Assembly (NCBI GenBank): GCA_963851265.1
Contig: CAWKNZ010000007.1
Span: forward strand, 576,001-640,000
Direction of reading: 5' to 3'
DNA from: an uncultured Gemmatimonadales bacterium
Lineage (GTDB): Bacteria > Gemmatimonadota > Gemmatimonadetes > Gemmatimonadales > Gemmatimonadaceae
Length of the DNA stretch: 64,000 nt
Shown: positions 48,122 through 57,797 of the stretch, piece after piece
How positions within the stretch are numbered: position 1 is the first letter of the stretch
Layout of the letters: every line of letters starts with the position of its first letter
Notes under the pieces: generated by a model
Database searches by the model: none
The model's input: only the letters and a program-made list of their open reading frames with translations
Told to the model about the DNA's origin: nothing
Made by a program: the position numbers and the translations under genes

Positions 48122-48572
48122 ACGAGGTGGTTGTACGGGACCCGTGCGCGCCAGCGACGCGCGTGCCGGAAGCGACGAGCGGACGCGCCGCCCGCAGGCA
48201 CGGTACGCCGGCCCTCGCACCGACTCGTCACCGGCGCAGCTGATCCGGGCGCATGTCCGCCCGAACGGGAGCGCCCGTCACATGACGGAGTCCACATGAA
48301 GCTACCGCGCGCGCGCGGCCGAAGCCCGAAGCGGTACCACGGGCGCACCGGCCGACCGTGTGGTCACCTCTCGCGACGGGCTACGTCGCCGTCCCGCCGG
48401 ACGACGGGGAGGTGGCTGCCGAGTGGCCGGATCAGACCGGCATGGCCGGCTTCGTAGTATTGAGCAATCCCGCGATCGGCCTTCGCGTCGACCTACTCGC
48501 GTGAGGCCGCGTCGCGCACGTACAGGACCGACGCGCGCACCCCAACGTCACCCCCGCGCATCATCCCAGCCT

Positions 48573-50729
48573 ATGCCGCGTTTCAACATGTTCCGCCGCC
48601 GCGCCGCCGCGCCACACGCCGCCCTCACCGTGTGGGCCGACGGCGCGATCGGCAAGGTCCACCGGCACGACCTGCGAAAGAGCCACGTCGGCGTCCCGGG
48701 CGCGCAGCCATTCGCCAACGTCGTGTGGAACGACGCTACCGGTCGCGTAACGACCCACGGCGCACGCAACGAATACGGCGCGCTATTCAGTCTGCACATC
48801 GAGAACGCGACGACCACGGACGTCGCAGGCGTGAGCGTGACGATGACGCCACTCGTCGGGCCGAACGGGGCGGCGTTGCGCGGTACACCGGCGACGATGT
48901 CGGGGTTAGGCACCGACCCCGCGTCACAGCGCGAGCGCGGGCGTCGGCTCATGTTCTATACCGACCGCGACGTCGAACTCTTCGTGGTGCGCTACCTGCC
49001 CGTGCGCGGGCTCTCGATGTTCGGAACGGGCGACGTCGGCAAGCCGCCCGAGATCGTCGGGAGCCGATTCCGCCGGCGTCCGCCCGGCAACGACTGGTTC
49101 TCGCGCCCCGACCACGACACGTGGTACCCGGAGCCGTGCATCCCGCACGAACTCGTCCCGACGTTCACGGTCGCCGCCGGCACGCAGCAGGAGGTCCTCG
49201 TCGCGGCCTACGTGGGCGCGGACCAACCGGCCGGCGTGTACAGCGGCGCGGCCGAGGTTCGCGTCAACGGTGCCGTCGTGCGCACGATCCCCGTGTCGCA
49301 CACCGTCCACGCGCTCACGCTTCCCGACACGCCGCACCTCGGCACGATGCTCTCGGTGTCGAGCGCGCAGATCTCGGGCCGCATCGGCGGCGCGTTCTAC
49401 GCGGGCGATCCGGGGGTCATCAGCGACACGCTTTTCCGCGCTGGCACGCTGCTCCACCGGCACAAACTCACCGCGACGCTCGACACCGGCGGCTACAACG
49501 ACACGCCCACCGGCGTCAATGGCGACGCGCAGTGGGGCCCGGCGCAGGCGCTACTCCTGTCCGGGAACGGCTGGCGGACCGGTGATCCCGTCCACGGCTA
49601 CCGGGGGCCCGGCGCGGGGTTAGGCACCGGTCTGTTCGTCGACGGACACTGGCACCAGTCCGCGGGCGTGTCGCAGACCGGCCCGTACTCGGCGGCCGAC
49701 CAGGCCAAGCTCCAGGCGTACGCGACGCGCACCGTGCACGCGGTCGAGCTGCACGCCGGGCGTACGCCGACCACGTGCGTGGCCTACATGTACGATGAAC
49801 CGCCGGACTCGGCGATCGCGGGCATCCAGGCCGCGAGCGCGGCGTTCCACGCCGTCACCGGGCCGGGACGGCGGTTCAAGACGTTCTGTACCACGTGGGT
49901 GTGGCGCGTCGGCGCGTTGCCCGACCTCGACGTGTTCGCGACGAGCGGCTTCTTCAACTGGTCGATGGACGGTAAGAACCCCTACACGAACCACGTCGCG
50001 TGGATGCGCGGGAACGGACACCAGGTCTGGACCTACGACGGCCCGCGCCCCGAAGGTGGCGACTGGCACCTCGAAAGCCCCGGCGTCGATCCGTTGGTCA
50101 TGATGTTGAACTGCGGGCGGATCGGCGTCGAGCGGCACTTCTTCTACGAGGCGACGTACTATTTCGACTTCCAGAACTACGGGTCGGGCCCGTACGCGGT
50201 GGGACGACCGCACCTCGCCATCACCCAGCTCTGGGACGACGCGCAAAACTTCCAGGGCGGCAACGTCAGGTTCAACAGGTCGGTCGGGATGTCGGCCAAC
50301 GCCGCGAACCCGGGGTTCGCGAACACGTCGAATCTGGACGGAATCCTGATCTGGCCGGGGATCGACGTGCACGCGCACGACCAGGCGCGCGACAACTACC
50401 AGGCCGCCACGGTGTTCCCGGGCAAGCGCCTGTTCGCGATCAGTCGGGGCGTGCAGCTCGTCGATTACTGGCAGGCCGCGCGCGCGGTCGACGCCCCTGC
50501 GGCCGATGCCGTGCTCGACACCGTCGCGCCGGGCGGCTGGTACCAGCACTGGGAGCACTTCCACCGGTGGGGCGCGCAGGCGTCCAACAACGACCCGTTC
50601 GCGTTCCCGGGCGCGTACGGCTTCGACCCCGTGACACACCAGAGCCCGTTCGCCGCCCGCTGGAGCGAGGACCCGGACGTCGCCGAAGCCGCGCGCCGCC
50701 GTTGGGCCGCGATTGCGACGCGACGGTAG
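48573..50729 (+). CDS. DUF4091/GH123-like putative glycoside hydrolase
   Basis: GARNE N-terminal motif, PAGVYSG, YMYDEP acidic pair, DGILIWPG...KRLFAISRGVQLVDY C-terminal motif. Confidence 0.6.
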   Translation: MPRFNMFRRRAAAPHAALTVWADGAIGKVHRHDLRKSHVGVPGAQPFANVVWNDATGRVTTHGARNEYGALFSLHIENATTTDVAGVSVTMTPLVGPNGAALRGTPATMSGLGTDPASQRERGRRLMFYTDRDVELFVVRYLPVRGLSMFGTGDVGKPPEIVGSRFRRRPPGNDWFSRPDHDTWYPEPCIPHELVPTFTVAAGTQQEVLVAAYVGADQPAGVYSGAAEVRVNGAVVRTIPVSHTVHALTLPDTPHLGTMLSVSSAQISGRIGGAFYAGDPGVISDTLFRAGTLLHRHKLTATLDTGGYNDTPTGVNGDAQWGPAQALLLSGNGWRTGDPVHGYRGPGAGLGTGLFVDGHWHQSAGVSQTGPYSAADQAKLQAYATRTVHAVELHAGRTPTTCVAYMYDEPPDSAIAGIQAASAAFHAVTGPGRRFKTFCTTWVWRVGALPDLDVFATSGFFNWSMDGKNPYTNHVAWMRGNGHQVWTYDGPRPEGGDWHLESPGVDPLVMMLNCGRIGVERHFFYEATYYFDFQNYGSGPYAVGRPHLAITQLWDDAQNFQGGNVRFNRSVGMSANAANPGFANTSNLDGILIWPGIDVHAHDQARDNYQAATVFPGKRLFAISRGVQLVDYWQAARAVDAPAADAVLDTVAPGGWYQHWEHFHRWGAQASNNDPFAFPGAYGFDPVTHQSPFAARWSEDPDVAEAARRRWAAIATRR

Positions 50730-50823
50730 GCACCGCGCCCCGGTCGCCCGCCGCCTCGTCGCGTCCGCATGGTAGCTTCACTGCTCCCCTGGCATCCCCC
50801 GCCCTCACCCGACCGGCACCCGC

Positions 50824-52515
50824 ATGCGGCCCGCCCAGCTCGCGCGCCACTTCACCGCCTCGCTCGCGCTGTACGCGGGCGCTGCCGGCGCGCAGCGCCG
50901 CGACCACACCCAACACGAAGCCGTGGTGGCCGCGCAGGCGATTACCGGCGACGCCATGCTGCGCGACATCCGCGCGCTCGCCTCGGATGCGTTCGAAGGG
51001 CGCGCGCCCGGAACCCGCGGCGAGGATTCCGCGGTCGCCTACATCGCCGCGCGGTTCCGGGCGATCGGCCTCGAGCCCGGCGCCGCCGACGGCACCTTCT
51101 TCCAGGCCGTCCCGCTCGTCGGGACGACGTCGACCGTGCGCGCGTCGGCGAAGGTCGCCGGCCAGACGACGGTGCTCCGCCCGCTCGACGACGTCGTCGC
51201 CTGGTCCATGCGCCCAGACACGCTCGTCACCGTGCCCGCCTCGGATCTGGTCTTCGTCGGGTACGGCGTCGTCGCGCCCGAGTACAACTGGGACGACTTC
51301 AAGGGCGTCGACGTGCGCGGGAAGACGGTCGTGATGCTCGTCGGCGACCCGCCCGTGCCCGATCCGCGCGACAGCACGCGACTCGACCCGCGCGTCTTCC
51401 GCGGCGCGGCGATGACGTACTACGGGCGCTGGACCTACAAGTACGAGACCGCCGCCGCGCGCGGGGCTGCGGCCGTGCTGCTCGTTCACCAGACCGGACC
51501 GGCCGGCTACGGCTGGGGCGTCGTGCAGAGCAACGCACACGAGAAGTTCGAGGTCGAGGGGGGCCCGGCGCACGCCGCGGTCGAGGGGTGGTTGCAACTC
51601 GACGTCGCCCGCCGCCTGTTCGCTGCCGGCAGCCACGACTTTCGCGCCCTCGAGCGCCTCGCGCGCACCCGCGAGTTCCGCCCCGTCCCCCTCGGTGGCA
51701 CCGCCGAGTTCCGCGTGCAGAACGCGGTGCGGCGCGTGCGGTCGCGCAACGTCGTCGCGCGGCTCGACGGGGGCGACCCGGCGGTACGCGACCAGTACGT
51801 GCTGTACTCCGCGCACTGGGACGGCTACGGCGTCGGGCGCCCCGTCCGCGGCGACTCGATCTACAACGGCGCGCTCGACGACGCGTCGGGCGTCGCGTGG
51901 GCGCTCGCCACGGCGCGCGCCTTCCGCGCGCTCCCCCGCCCGCCGCGGCGCACGGTCGTCTTCGCGGCGTTCACCGCCGAAGAGCAGGGGTTGTTAGGCG
52001 CACGCTACTACGCGCAGCACCCGCCGTACCCGCTCGCGCGCACGCTCGCCGACGTGAACATGGACATCATGAACCCGTGGGGGCGCACGCACGCGCTCGT
52101 CAGCATCGGGTACGGCCTGAGCACGCTCGAAGACCTGCTCGCGCGCGAGGCCCGCGACGACGACCGTACGGTGCGCCCCGACCCCGAGCCCGAGAAGGGC
52201 TACTTCTACCGCGGCGACCACTTCGAGCTCGCCCGCCACGGCGTGCCGGCGCTCGCGTTCCTCTTTCCGGGGGCCGAGTACGTCGGGAAGACCACGGCGT
52301 ACGGGCCGCGCGTGCGCGCCGCCTACGTCGCCAACGACTACCACAAGCCGTCGGACGAGGTGAAGCCCGACTGGGACACCTCGGGCTTGGTCGACGACAC
52401 GCGGCTCCTCTTCCGCGTCGGGCTGGACGTGGCCGACGGAGAGGTATGGCCGAACTGGAAGCCCGGAACCGAATTTCGTGCGACGCGCGATGCGATGCTG
52501 CGCCGCCGACCATAG
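50824..52515 (+). CDS. M28 family metallopeptidase with PA domain
   Basis: LASDAFEGR, VFVGYG, SAHWD, NGALDDASG, AEEQGLLG, NMD, GDH, YHKPSD. Confidence 0.93.
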   Translation: MRPAQLARHFTASLALYAGAAGAQRRDHTQHEAVVAAQAITGDAMLRDIRALASDAFEGRAPGTRGEDSAVAYIAARFRAIGLEPGAADGTFFQAVPLVGTTSTVRASAKVAGQTTVLRPLDDVVAWSMRPDTLVTVPASDLVFVGYGVVAPEYNWDDFKGVDVRGKTVVMLVGDPPVPDPRDSTRLDPRVFRGAAMTYYGRWTYKYETAAARGAAAVLLVHQTGPAGYGWGVVQSNAHEKFEVEGGPAHAAVEGWLQLDVARRLFAAGSHDFRALERLARTREFRPVPLGGTAEFRVQNAVRRVRSRNVVARLDGGDPAVRDQYVLYSAHWDGYGVGRPVRGDSIYNGALDDASGVAWALATARAFRALPRPPRRTVVFAAFTAEEQGLLGARYYAQHPPYPLARTLADVNMDIMNPWGRTHALVSIGYGLSTLEDLLAREARDDDRTVRPDPEPEKGYFYRGDHFELARHGVPALAFLFPGAEYVGKTTAYGPRVRAAYVANDYHKPSDEVKPDWDTSGLVDDTRLLFRVGLDVADGEVWPNWKPGTEFRATRDAMLRRRP

Positions 52516-52859
52516 GCACGTGGTCACACGCCGCGGCCGACGCGCTCGCGACCGTTCCGGCCGCGTGTGGCGCGTGTGGCGCGCGCGCCACGGAGTGGCA
52601 ATCCTGCTCGCCGTCCGCTCGGCGGCCGGTGACGCCCAGACCGGCCGAGGCGTCTGCTGCCGGACGCCGGGCACTCGCGCGACGCACGTCGGGCCGACAC
52701 GAACGACGTCGCCGACGTCGCGTAAACATATGATGCGGCCGGCGCGGAACGTCGCGGCAACCGTCCGCTCGGTGGCCTCCCGCACCCGGGCGCGGGAGCG
52801 CGCGGAGTGCCGGACGGGGCACGCGGCGCGGTCTCGCGGCGAGCATCGGGCCCCTCGTT

Positions 52860-52891
52860 TGGCAGACAAAATGCGCACGTTGCCGTATAAT
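52860..52891 (+). promoter_or_regulatory. Overlapping sigma54-like (TGGCAGACAAAATGC) and sigma70-like (CAGACA-N17-TATAAT) motifs
   Basis: AT-rich patch about 100 bp upstream of the PEP-CTERM gene. Confidence 0.5.
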
Positions 52892-52994
52892 CGTCCTCGG
52901 GCCTCACGCGAGCCGGACGGCTCCCCGGACGCGCGGCGCCTCGGCGCAGGTGGCGACGCCTGCGCTGGCATCTTCCTTGACTGAGTTAGCTGAC

Positions 52995-53867
52995 ATGAAG
53001 CAGGTGCTAACGTGGCTTGCTGGGGTCGGCGTGTTGGTCGGTGCGGCGCCCGCACCCGCGCAGCCGGGCGCGCGCCCGGTCGCGCGCCCGGTCGGCACGC
53101 CCGCGCCGCAAGCCGTCGCGCAAACGACGCCGCAGGCGTGCGACTCGCTCGGCGCCGCGCGCGTCCTGGCGCACCCGTTCACCGCGGCGCGCCACCAGGT
53201 GCTCGCGCCTCGAGACTCCTCGCTGGGCCGTCCGCGCCTCACGACGCGTCGCGTGCGCCTCGCCGACGGCAGCATCCACGTCAGCAAGTACACGACGTCT
53301 GGCGTGCACGTCACGAAGGGCGGCCCGCCGGTCGCGACCACGCAGCCGGTCGCCTGTCCCGCGATTGCCGAGACGCCCGCCCCCGCGTCCGGCACATCGG
53401 TCGGCGACGTCACCCCCGCGCCGGTCACGGCACCCGGCGAAGTCGTGCCACCGCTCGTCCCGACCGTCGGCAGCCGCATCGGCCTGCCACTCCTCGGCGG
53501 GCTCCTCCTTGGTGGGACCGCCTTCGCCGTCGGCTCGCACCACCCAGGGACGCCCGCGGCCGTAGCGACCGCTGACTCCCTCCCCACCACACCCGGCAGT
53601 GGCGGCGGCACCGGTGGGGGTGGCACCGGTGGGGGTGGCACCGGTGGGGGTGGCACCGGCGGTGGGGGCACCAGCGGTGGGGGCACCGGCGGTGGGGGCA
53701 CCGGCGGTGGGGGCACCGGCGGTGGAGGCGGCGGCGGTGGAGGCGGCGGGACAGGAGGTGGCCCGACCGGGGCCCCGGGCACGGTGGTGCCGGAACCGAC
53801 GACCATCGCGCTCACCGCGGTCGGCGTGTTGATGCTGACCGGGTACACGCGCCGGCGTCGGCGCTGA
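52995..53867 (+). CDS. PEP-CTERM sorting domain protein with a Gly-rich linker
   Basis: Signal peptide MKQVLTWLAGVGVLVGAAPAPA; C-terminal VPEPTT + TM + RRRRR. Confidence 0.88.
   Translation: MKQVLTWLAGVGVLVGAAPAPAQPGARPVARPVGTPAPQAVAQTTPQACDSLGAARVLAHPFTAARHQVLAPRDSSLGRPRLTTRRVRLADGSIHVSKYTTSGVHVTKGGPPVATTQPVACPAIAETPAPASGTSVGDVTPAPVTAPGEVVPPLVPTVGSRIGLPLLGGLLLGGTAFAVGSHHPGTPAAVATADSLPTTPGSGGGTGGGGTGGGGTGGGGTGGGGTSGGGTGGGGTGGGGTGGGGGGGGGGGTGGGPTGAPGTVVPEPTTIALTAVGVLMLTGYTRRRRR
53601..53762 (+). repeat. 15-bp tandem repeat encoding (GGGGT)n
   Basis: ggcaccggtgggggt / ggcaccggcggtggg units, about 8-9 copies. Confidence 0.85.
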
Positions 53868-53880
53868 CCGCGGAAGGCAT

Positions 53881-53922
53881 AGCGAGGGGGGCGGCATCGG
53901 TGCCGATGCCGCCCCCCTCGCT
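53881..53922. terminator. Long perfect hairpin after the PEP-CTERM gene
   Basis: agcgaggggggcggcatcgg-tg-ccgatgccgcccccctcgct. Confidence 0.75.
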
Positions 53923-54082
53923 CACGCCGCACACCGGCGGGCGACGCCGACCAGGCGCTCGCCTACCCGCTGAGAGCTGATCAGGGACCCACGGTCACGA
54001 ATCCGGGTCGGGCGACGGTCCGTAGAACACCGGGACGGCGCGACGCGCCTCCCCGTCTCCTCACACGGCATCTCTCCGCCCG

Positions 54083-54439
54083 ATGACGAACCCTTCGATC
54101 GAATCCCGTGCCGACGAGCCGGCCGCGATGTGGCTTGCGCTCGCCGACGCCGGCGACGGCACCGGCAGTTGGGCCGCTGCCGGCACGGTGTTCCGCACGG
54201 CCATTACCGCCGAAGACTGGACCGCCCAACTGCGGGCCGCCCGCTCTCCACTCGGCCCACTCACGTCTCGCGTCCTCGCGGTCGCGCAGGCCTTCGACGG
54301 GCTCCCGAGCGCCCCGCCGGGTGAGTACGTCGTTCGGCAGTACCACAGCGTCTACGACGCGCGGAAGGCCGTGGTCGAGACCCTGACACTGCGGCGCGAG
54401 GACGGCGAGTGGCGCGTCGTCGGGTACTTCATTCGCTGA
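54083..54439 (+). CDS. DUF4019 family protein
   Basis: WLALAD, RSPLG, PPGEYV, ETLTL..EDGEWRVVGYFIR. Confidence 0.88.
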   Translation: MTNPSIESRADEPAAMWLALADAGDGTGSWAAAGTVFRTAITAEDWTAQLRAARSPLGPLTSRVLAVAQAFDGLPSAPPGEYVVRQYHSVYDARKAVVETLTLRREDGEWRVVGYFIR

Positions 54440-54468
54440 CGACGGACCGCCGCCCGCCGCGCTCGGCG

Positions 54469-55551
54469 TCAGAGCGCGTGCGCCCGGAACAGCGCCACGC
54501 GCAGCGCGCCGCGGTCGGCCGCGCGCGCCGCGTCCCAGTCGCCGGCGATCGCCGCCCCGTGGCGCGCCGCGTCCGCCGCGAGCGCGTGCCAGCCGAGCCG
54601 GCCGCGGCGCCGCGCGTCGCTGAGCTGCCAGAAGGGGACGAGATCGGCGAGTGCGACGAGGTCGGCGAGCCGGGCCGGCGCGTCGGGCGCGGGGGAGGGA
54701 AGGGGCGCGCCTTCGCCCGCGTGCCCGGCGAGCAGGTGTGCGAGCGCGACGCGCGTCGTGAGGCGCCGCTGGTCTTCGGTCGCGCCGCCCGCGCGCAACA
54801 GCCGGTGGCGACCGACGAGCGGCGGCGTGAGCATCATGCGCGTGCCCGCCGGCACACCGGGCACCGCATGGACCGCGACGCCGTGGCGGCGCAGAAGGTC
54901 GTCGGCGCCCGCGTCGTCGAGCGGGGCGAACAGGCCGTCGTAGCGGGGCGCGGCCGTCTGCAGCTCGCGCACGAGCTCGGCGGCGTGCGCGACCAGCGCC
55001 GCGTCGTCCGTGGCGTGCGCCGGGACGTCGGACGGCACGTCGGGGGCGCCCACGGCAATCGGCCTGTCGAACTCGCCGCGGGCGGCGCGCGCACGGAGAT
55101 CGTGCGCGCCCGGGGGGAGCACGCGCCCGCCCTCGCGCGCGGCGGCGGCCGCGACGTCGAGCACCGCGCGGCGGAGCGCCGCGGCCGTGGCGTCATCGCC
55201 CGCGACGGCGCGCATCGTCGCTTCGAGCAGGGCGACGACGGTCGGCGCGGGGTCGGCGGCCGACTCGGTGCGCGCTGGCGAGGGCCCGCCTGCGGCCCCG
55301 GCCGCCGACGTGCGTCGGAGCGCCCGCACCGTTCCCGCGTCGAGCCCGAGCGCGGCCGCGAGCACGGGCACGTGCTCCGCGGCGAGCAGGGCGGGGCGCG
55401 CGAGCGCGGCCCGGAGGCCGGCGACCGTTAGGCCGAGCGCGTCGGCGAGCTGGCGCGCGTCGAGGTCGCCGAGCTCGGCCGCGGCGTCCAGCCGTTCGAC
55501 GAGCGACGGGGCGGCGGGGAAGGAGCGGCTGGCGGCTGAAGGCGCGGACAC
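54469..55551 (-). CDS. Hypothetical protein with an N-terminal HTH-like region and a degenerate ImmA/IrrE-like C-terminus
   Basis: RQLADALGLTVAGL...LAAALGLD; QRRLTTRVALAHLLAGH; start uncertain. Confidence 0.5.
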   Translation of the reverse strand: MSAPSAASRSFPAAPSLVERLDAAAELGDLDARQLADALGLTVAGLRAALARPALLAAEHVPVLAAALGLDAGTVRALRRTSAAGAAGGPSPARTESAADPAPTVVALLEATMRAVAGDDATAAALRRAVLDVAAAAAREGGRVLPPGAHDLRARAARGEFDRPIAVGAPDVPSDVPAHATDDAALVAHAAELVRELQTAAPRYDGLFAPLDDAGADDLLRRHGVAVHAVPGVPAGTRMMLTPPLVGRHRLLRAGGATEDQRRLTTRVALAHLLAGHAGEGAPLPSPAPDAPARLADLVALADLVPFWQLSDARRRGRLGWHALAADAARHGAAIAGDWDAARAADRGALRVALFRAHAL

Positions 55552-55663
55552 GGCGGCTGCAGAATGTAGCGCGCGCGGCCGGGCTTTGTTCGGGAGCGGC
55601 GGGGCCGGGGCCGCGCGGAACCGCGCGTCCGAACGAACACGCGGCCCGCCGCTCGCCCGCCCG

Positions 55664-56467
55664 TCAGGCGCGCGTCCGCTCCGCGACGGCCGCGCCCATC
55701 CGCGGCACCACCGCACCCGCCCCGGCGCCGTCGGCGTCCTCGACCCCGCGCTGGCCTAACGCACGGATCGCCTCGCGGTACCCGCCCAGCGTGCCCACGT
55801 CGACGTACGTCTCACCGGCGCGCACCCCGACCGCGCTCCCGCCGCGCGCGAGCCAGGCGTTGACGAGAGTCCCGAAGTACTCGTCCGCCTGCTCGCGCGC
55901 GAGCCACAGGTCGTGCAGCTCGCGCAGGATCGCGCCCGTGAGCTTGAACGCCCCCCACACCCACGGCGTGCTCGCCCCGGGCTGCTTGACCTGGATTTCG
56001 ACCACGGCGCCACCCGCGTCGGTGACCACGGCGTCGAACACCTCGGGGCGTTCGACGGGGAAGAGCAGGAATGAGAGCCGGTCGTCGGGGAGCGCGCGGA
56101 AGCCGTCGACCGGGAACCACACCGTGTCGGGGAGCCCCACGAGCACCTGGTCCTCGGGCGGGATCATCGGCAGCGCGCGGAAGAGCGCGTCGCAGAGCCC
56201 GGCCGGCTGCGGCTGCACGGTGAACGACACGTGCGCCTGGCACGCAGACCCGCCGTAATACGCGAGGATGTCGGCCTTGCCCGGCGAGACGACGAAGCAG
56301 ATGCGCGTGGCCCCGCCGCGCACCATCCGTTCGACGAGGTACTCGCTCACCGCGCGCGGCCGCTCGACGCCGTGGTCGACGCGGCTGCCCACGGGGAGCA
56401 GTTCCTTGGAAAAGGCGAGCGGCTGGATGCGCGTCCCCGCACCGGCCGCGGGAATGATGCCCCACAC
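55664..56467 (-). CDS. Sugar-phosphate nucleotidyltransferase
   Basis: GIIPAAGAGTRIQP...SKELLP, QPAGLCDA, YVDVGT. Confidence 0.9.
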   Translation of the reverse strand: MWGIIPAAGAGTRIQPLAFSKELLPVGSRVDHGVERPRAVSEYLVERMVRGGATRICFVVSPGKADILAYYGGSACQAHVSFTVQPQPAGLCDALFRALPMIPPEDQVLVGLPDTVWFPVDGFRALPDDRLSFLLFPVERPEVFDAVVTDAGGAVVEIQVKQPGASTPWVWGAFKLTGAILRELHDLWLAREQADEYFGTLVNAWLARGGSAVGVRAGETYVDVGTLGGYREAIRALGQRGVEDADGAGAGAVVPRMGAAVAERTRA

Positions 56468-56471
56468 GGGG

Positions 56472-57614
56472 TCAGCCCCCCCCGGCGACCGCCGCGGCGA
56501 GCGCGCCCGCGGGCGGGTCGCCTAACGGAACGCCGCCGGCCGCGGACTCGATCGCCGCCACGAGCTCTCGCGCGCGCCGGTCGGCGGTGTGCTCGTCGAG
56601 GGTGCGCTCGCGGGCGCGCCGCGCGATCTCGCGCAATTCGGCGTCGGGCCGGGCGAGCGCGGCCATCGCGTCGTCGGCCGTGCGGGCGAGGAGGATTTCG
56701 TCACCGGGGGTGAAGAAGGCGTCGAGCCCGTCCCACGTGTCGGTGAGGATCGGCACGCCGCACGCCGCCGCCTCGAACAGCCGCCCCGACGGGCACCAGC
56801 CCATCGCCGCCATCGCGCCGCGCGTGGTGTTGAGCGTGAGGCGGCTGGAGGCGTAGAACGCGGGGTGGTCGGCGGGCGGCAGGTGCGCCAGGTACCACGT
56901 GTTGGGCGTCCACGCGAAGTCGGCCGGGTACTGCGAGCCCGCGAGCATGAACCGCGTGTCGGGGCGCCGGCGCGCGGGCTCCAGAAAGAGCGCGTCGACC
57001 GCGGCCTGGCGGTCGGCCGCGTAGGTACCGATGTACGACAGGTCGCACCGCCACGCGTCGCGCGGCGCGGCGGGACGGTGCACCGCCGGATCGACCGACC
57101 CGTACAGCGGGGCCACGCGCCGCGCGCCGAGTCGCGTGCGGAGTGCGTCGAGCGCGCGGCCACCGGTGTAGCTGAGCACGAGGTCGAACGCGCCCAGTCC
57201 GTCGGTCGGCAGATAGGGCACGCGCTCGCCCGCGTCGAGCCGCGCGAAGGTGACCGGCGTGTCGAGGTCGTAGAAGGTGGCCAGCGGAGCGCCGCGGTTC
57301 GCCTCGCGCGCGTGAAGCATGAGCGCCGCGGCCTCGGTCGCGTCGGGGCAGTACGACGTGGTCATCGCCACGTCCGCGTCGTCGAGCGCGCGGCGCGCGC
57401 GATCGCGCACCGCCTCCCACGACGGATACAGCACGAGTTCGCCGCGCGGAAGTTCGGTGACGTCGCGGTGGGCCGCGTAGTACGACACGTCGCGTTCGAA
57501 GAACGTGACCGAATGTCCCTGACGGGCGAGCGCGTGGATCAGCGCGCGCCAGAGCGTGGCGTGCCCGTTGCCCCACGACGAACTGACCGTGAGTCCAAAG
57601 ACTACGAGTCGCAT
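56472..57614 (-). CDS. CgeB-family glycosyltransferase (GT-B)
   Basis: FGLTVSSSWGNGHATLWR, FYDLDTP, YIGTYAADR, SGRLFEAAACG, EHT..RA. Confidence 0.9.
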   Translation of the reverse strand: MRLVVFGLTVSSSWGNGHATLWRALIHALARQGHSVTFFERDVSYYAAHRDVTELPRGELVLYPSWEAVRDRARRALDDADVAMTTSYCPDATEAAALMLHAREANRGAPLATFYDLDTPVTFARLDAGERVPYLPTDGLGAFDLVLSYTGGRALDALRTRLGARRVAPLYGSVDPAVHRPAAPRDAWRCDLSYIGTYAADRQAAVDALFLEPARRRPDTRFMLAGSQYPADFAWTPNTWYLAHLPPADHPAFYASSRLTLNTTRGAMAAMGWCPSGRLFEAAACGVPILTDTWDGLDAFFTPGDEILLARTADDAMAALARPDAELREIARRARERTLDEHTADRRARELVAAIESAAGGVPLGDPPAGALAAAVAGGG

Positions 57615-57693
57615 GGCGGGGGAAAGTGCAAGGTTTGTACGCGCCACGCACCCCCCGCGCGCGCTCCCACATGGCGAAAGTGCCTCGATTAGG

Positions 57694-57727
57694 CTACTTA
57701 CCAAAGCATCTACAAAGCTGTAAGTAG
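57694..57727. promoter_or_regulatory. AT-rich inverted repeat CTACTTAC-N18-GTAAGTAG in a divergent promoter region
   Basis: Perfect 8-bp arms; the spacer holds two CAAAGC copies. Confidence 0.5.
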
Positions 57728-57797
57728 GGAACGGTCTCGCGTCGCCGCGGCGCGTCGGGATCCGGGCGGCTCCTTCTCACCCTCAACACCCACGTTC

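Noticed and set aside
53601..53762. CRISPR-like array
   Set aside because: In-frame 15-bp Gly-Thr coding repeat with no spacers and no cas genes
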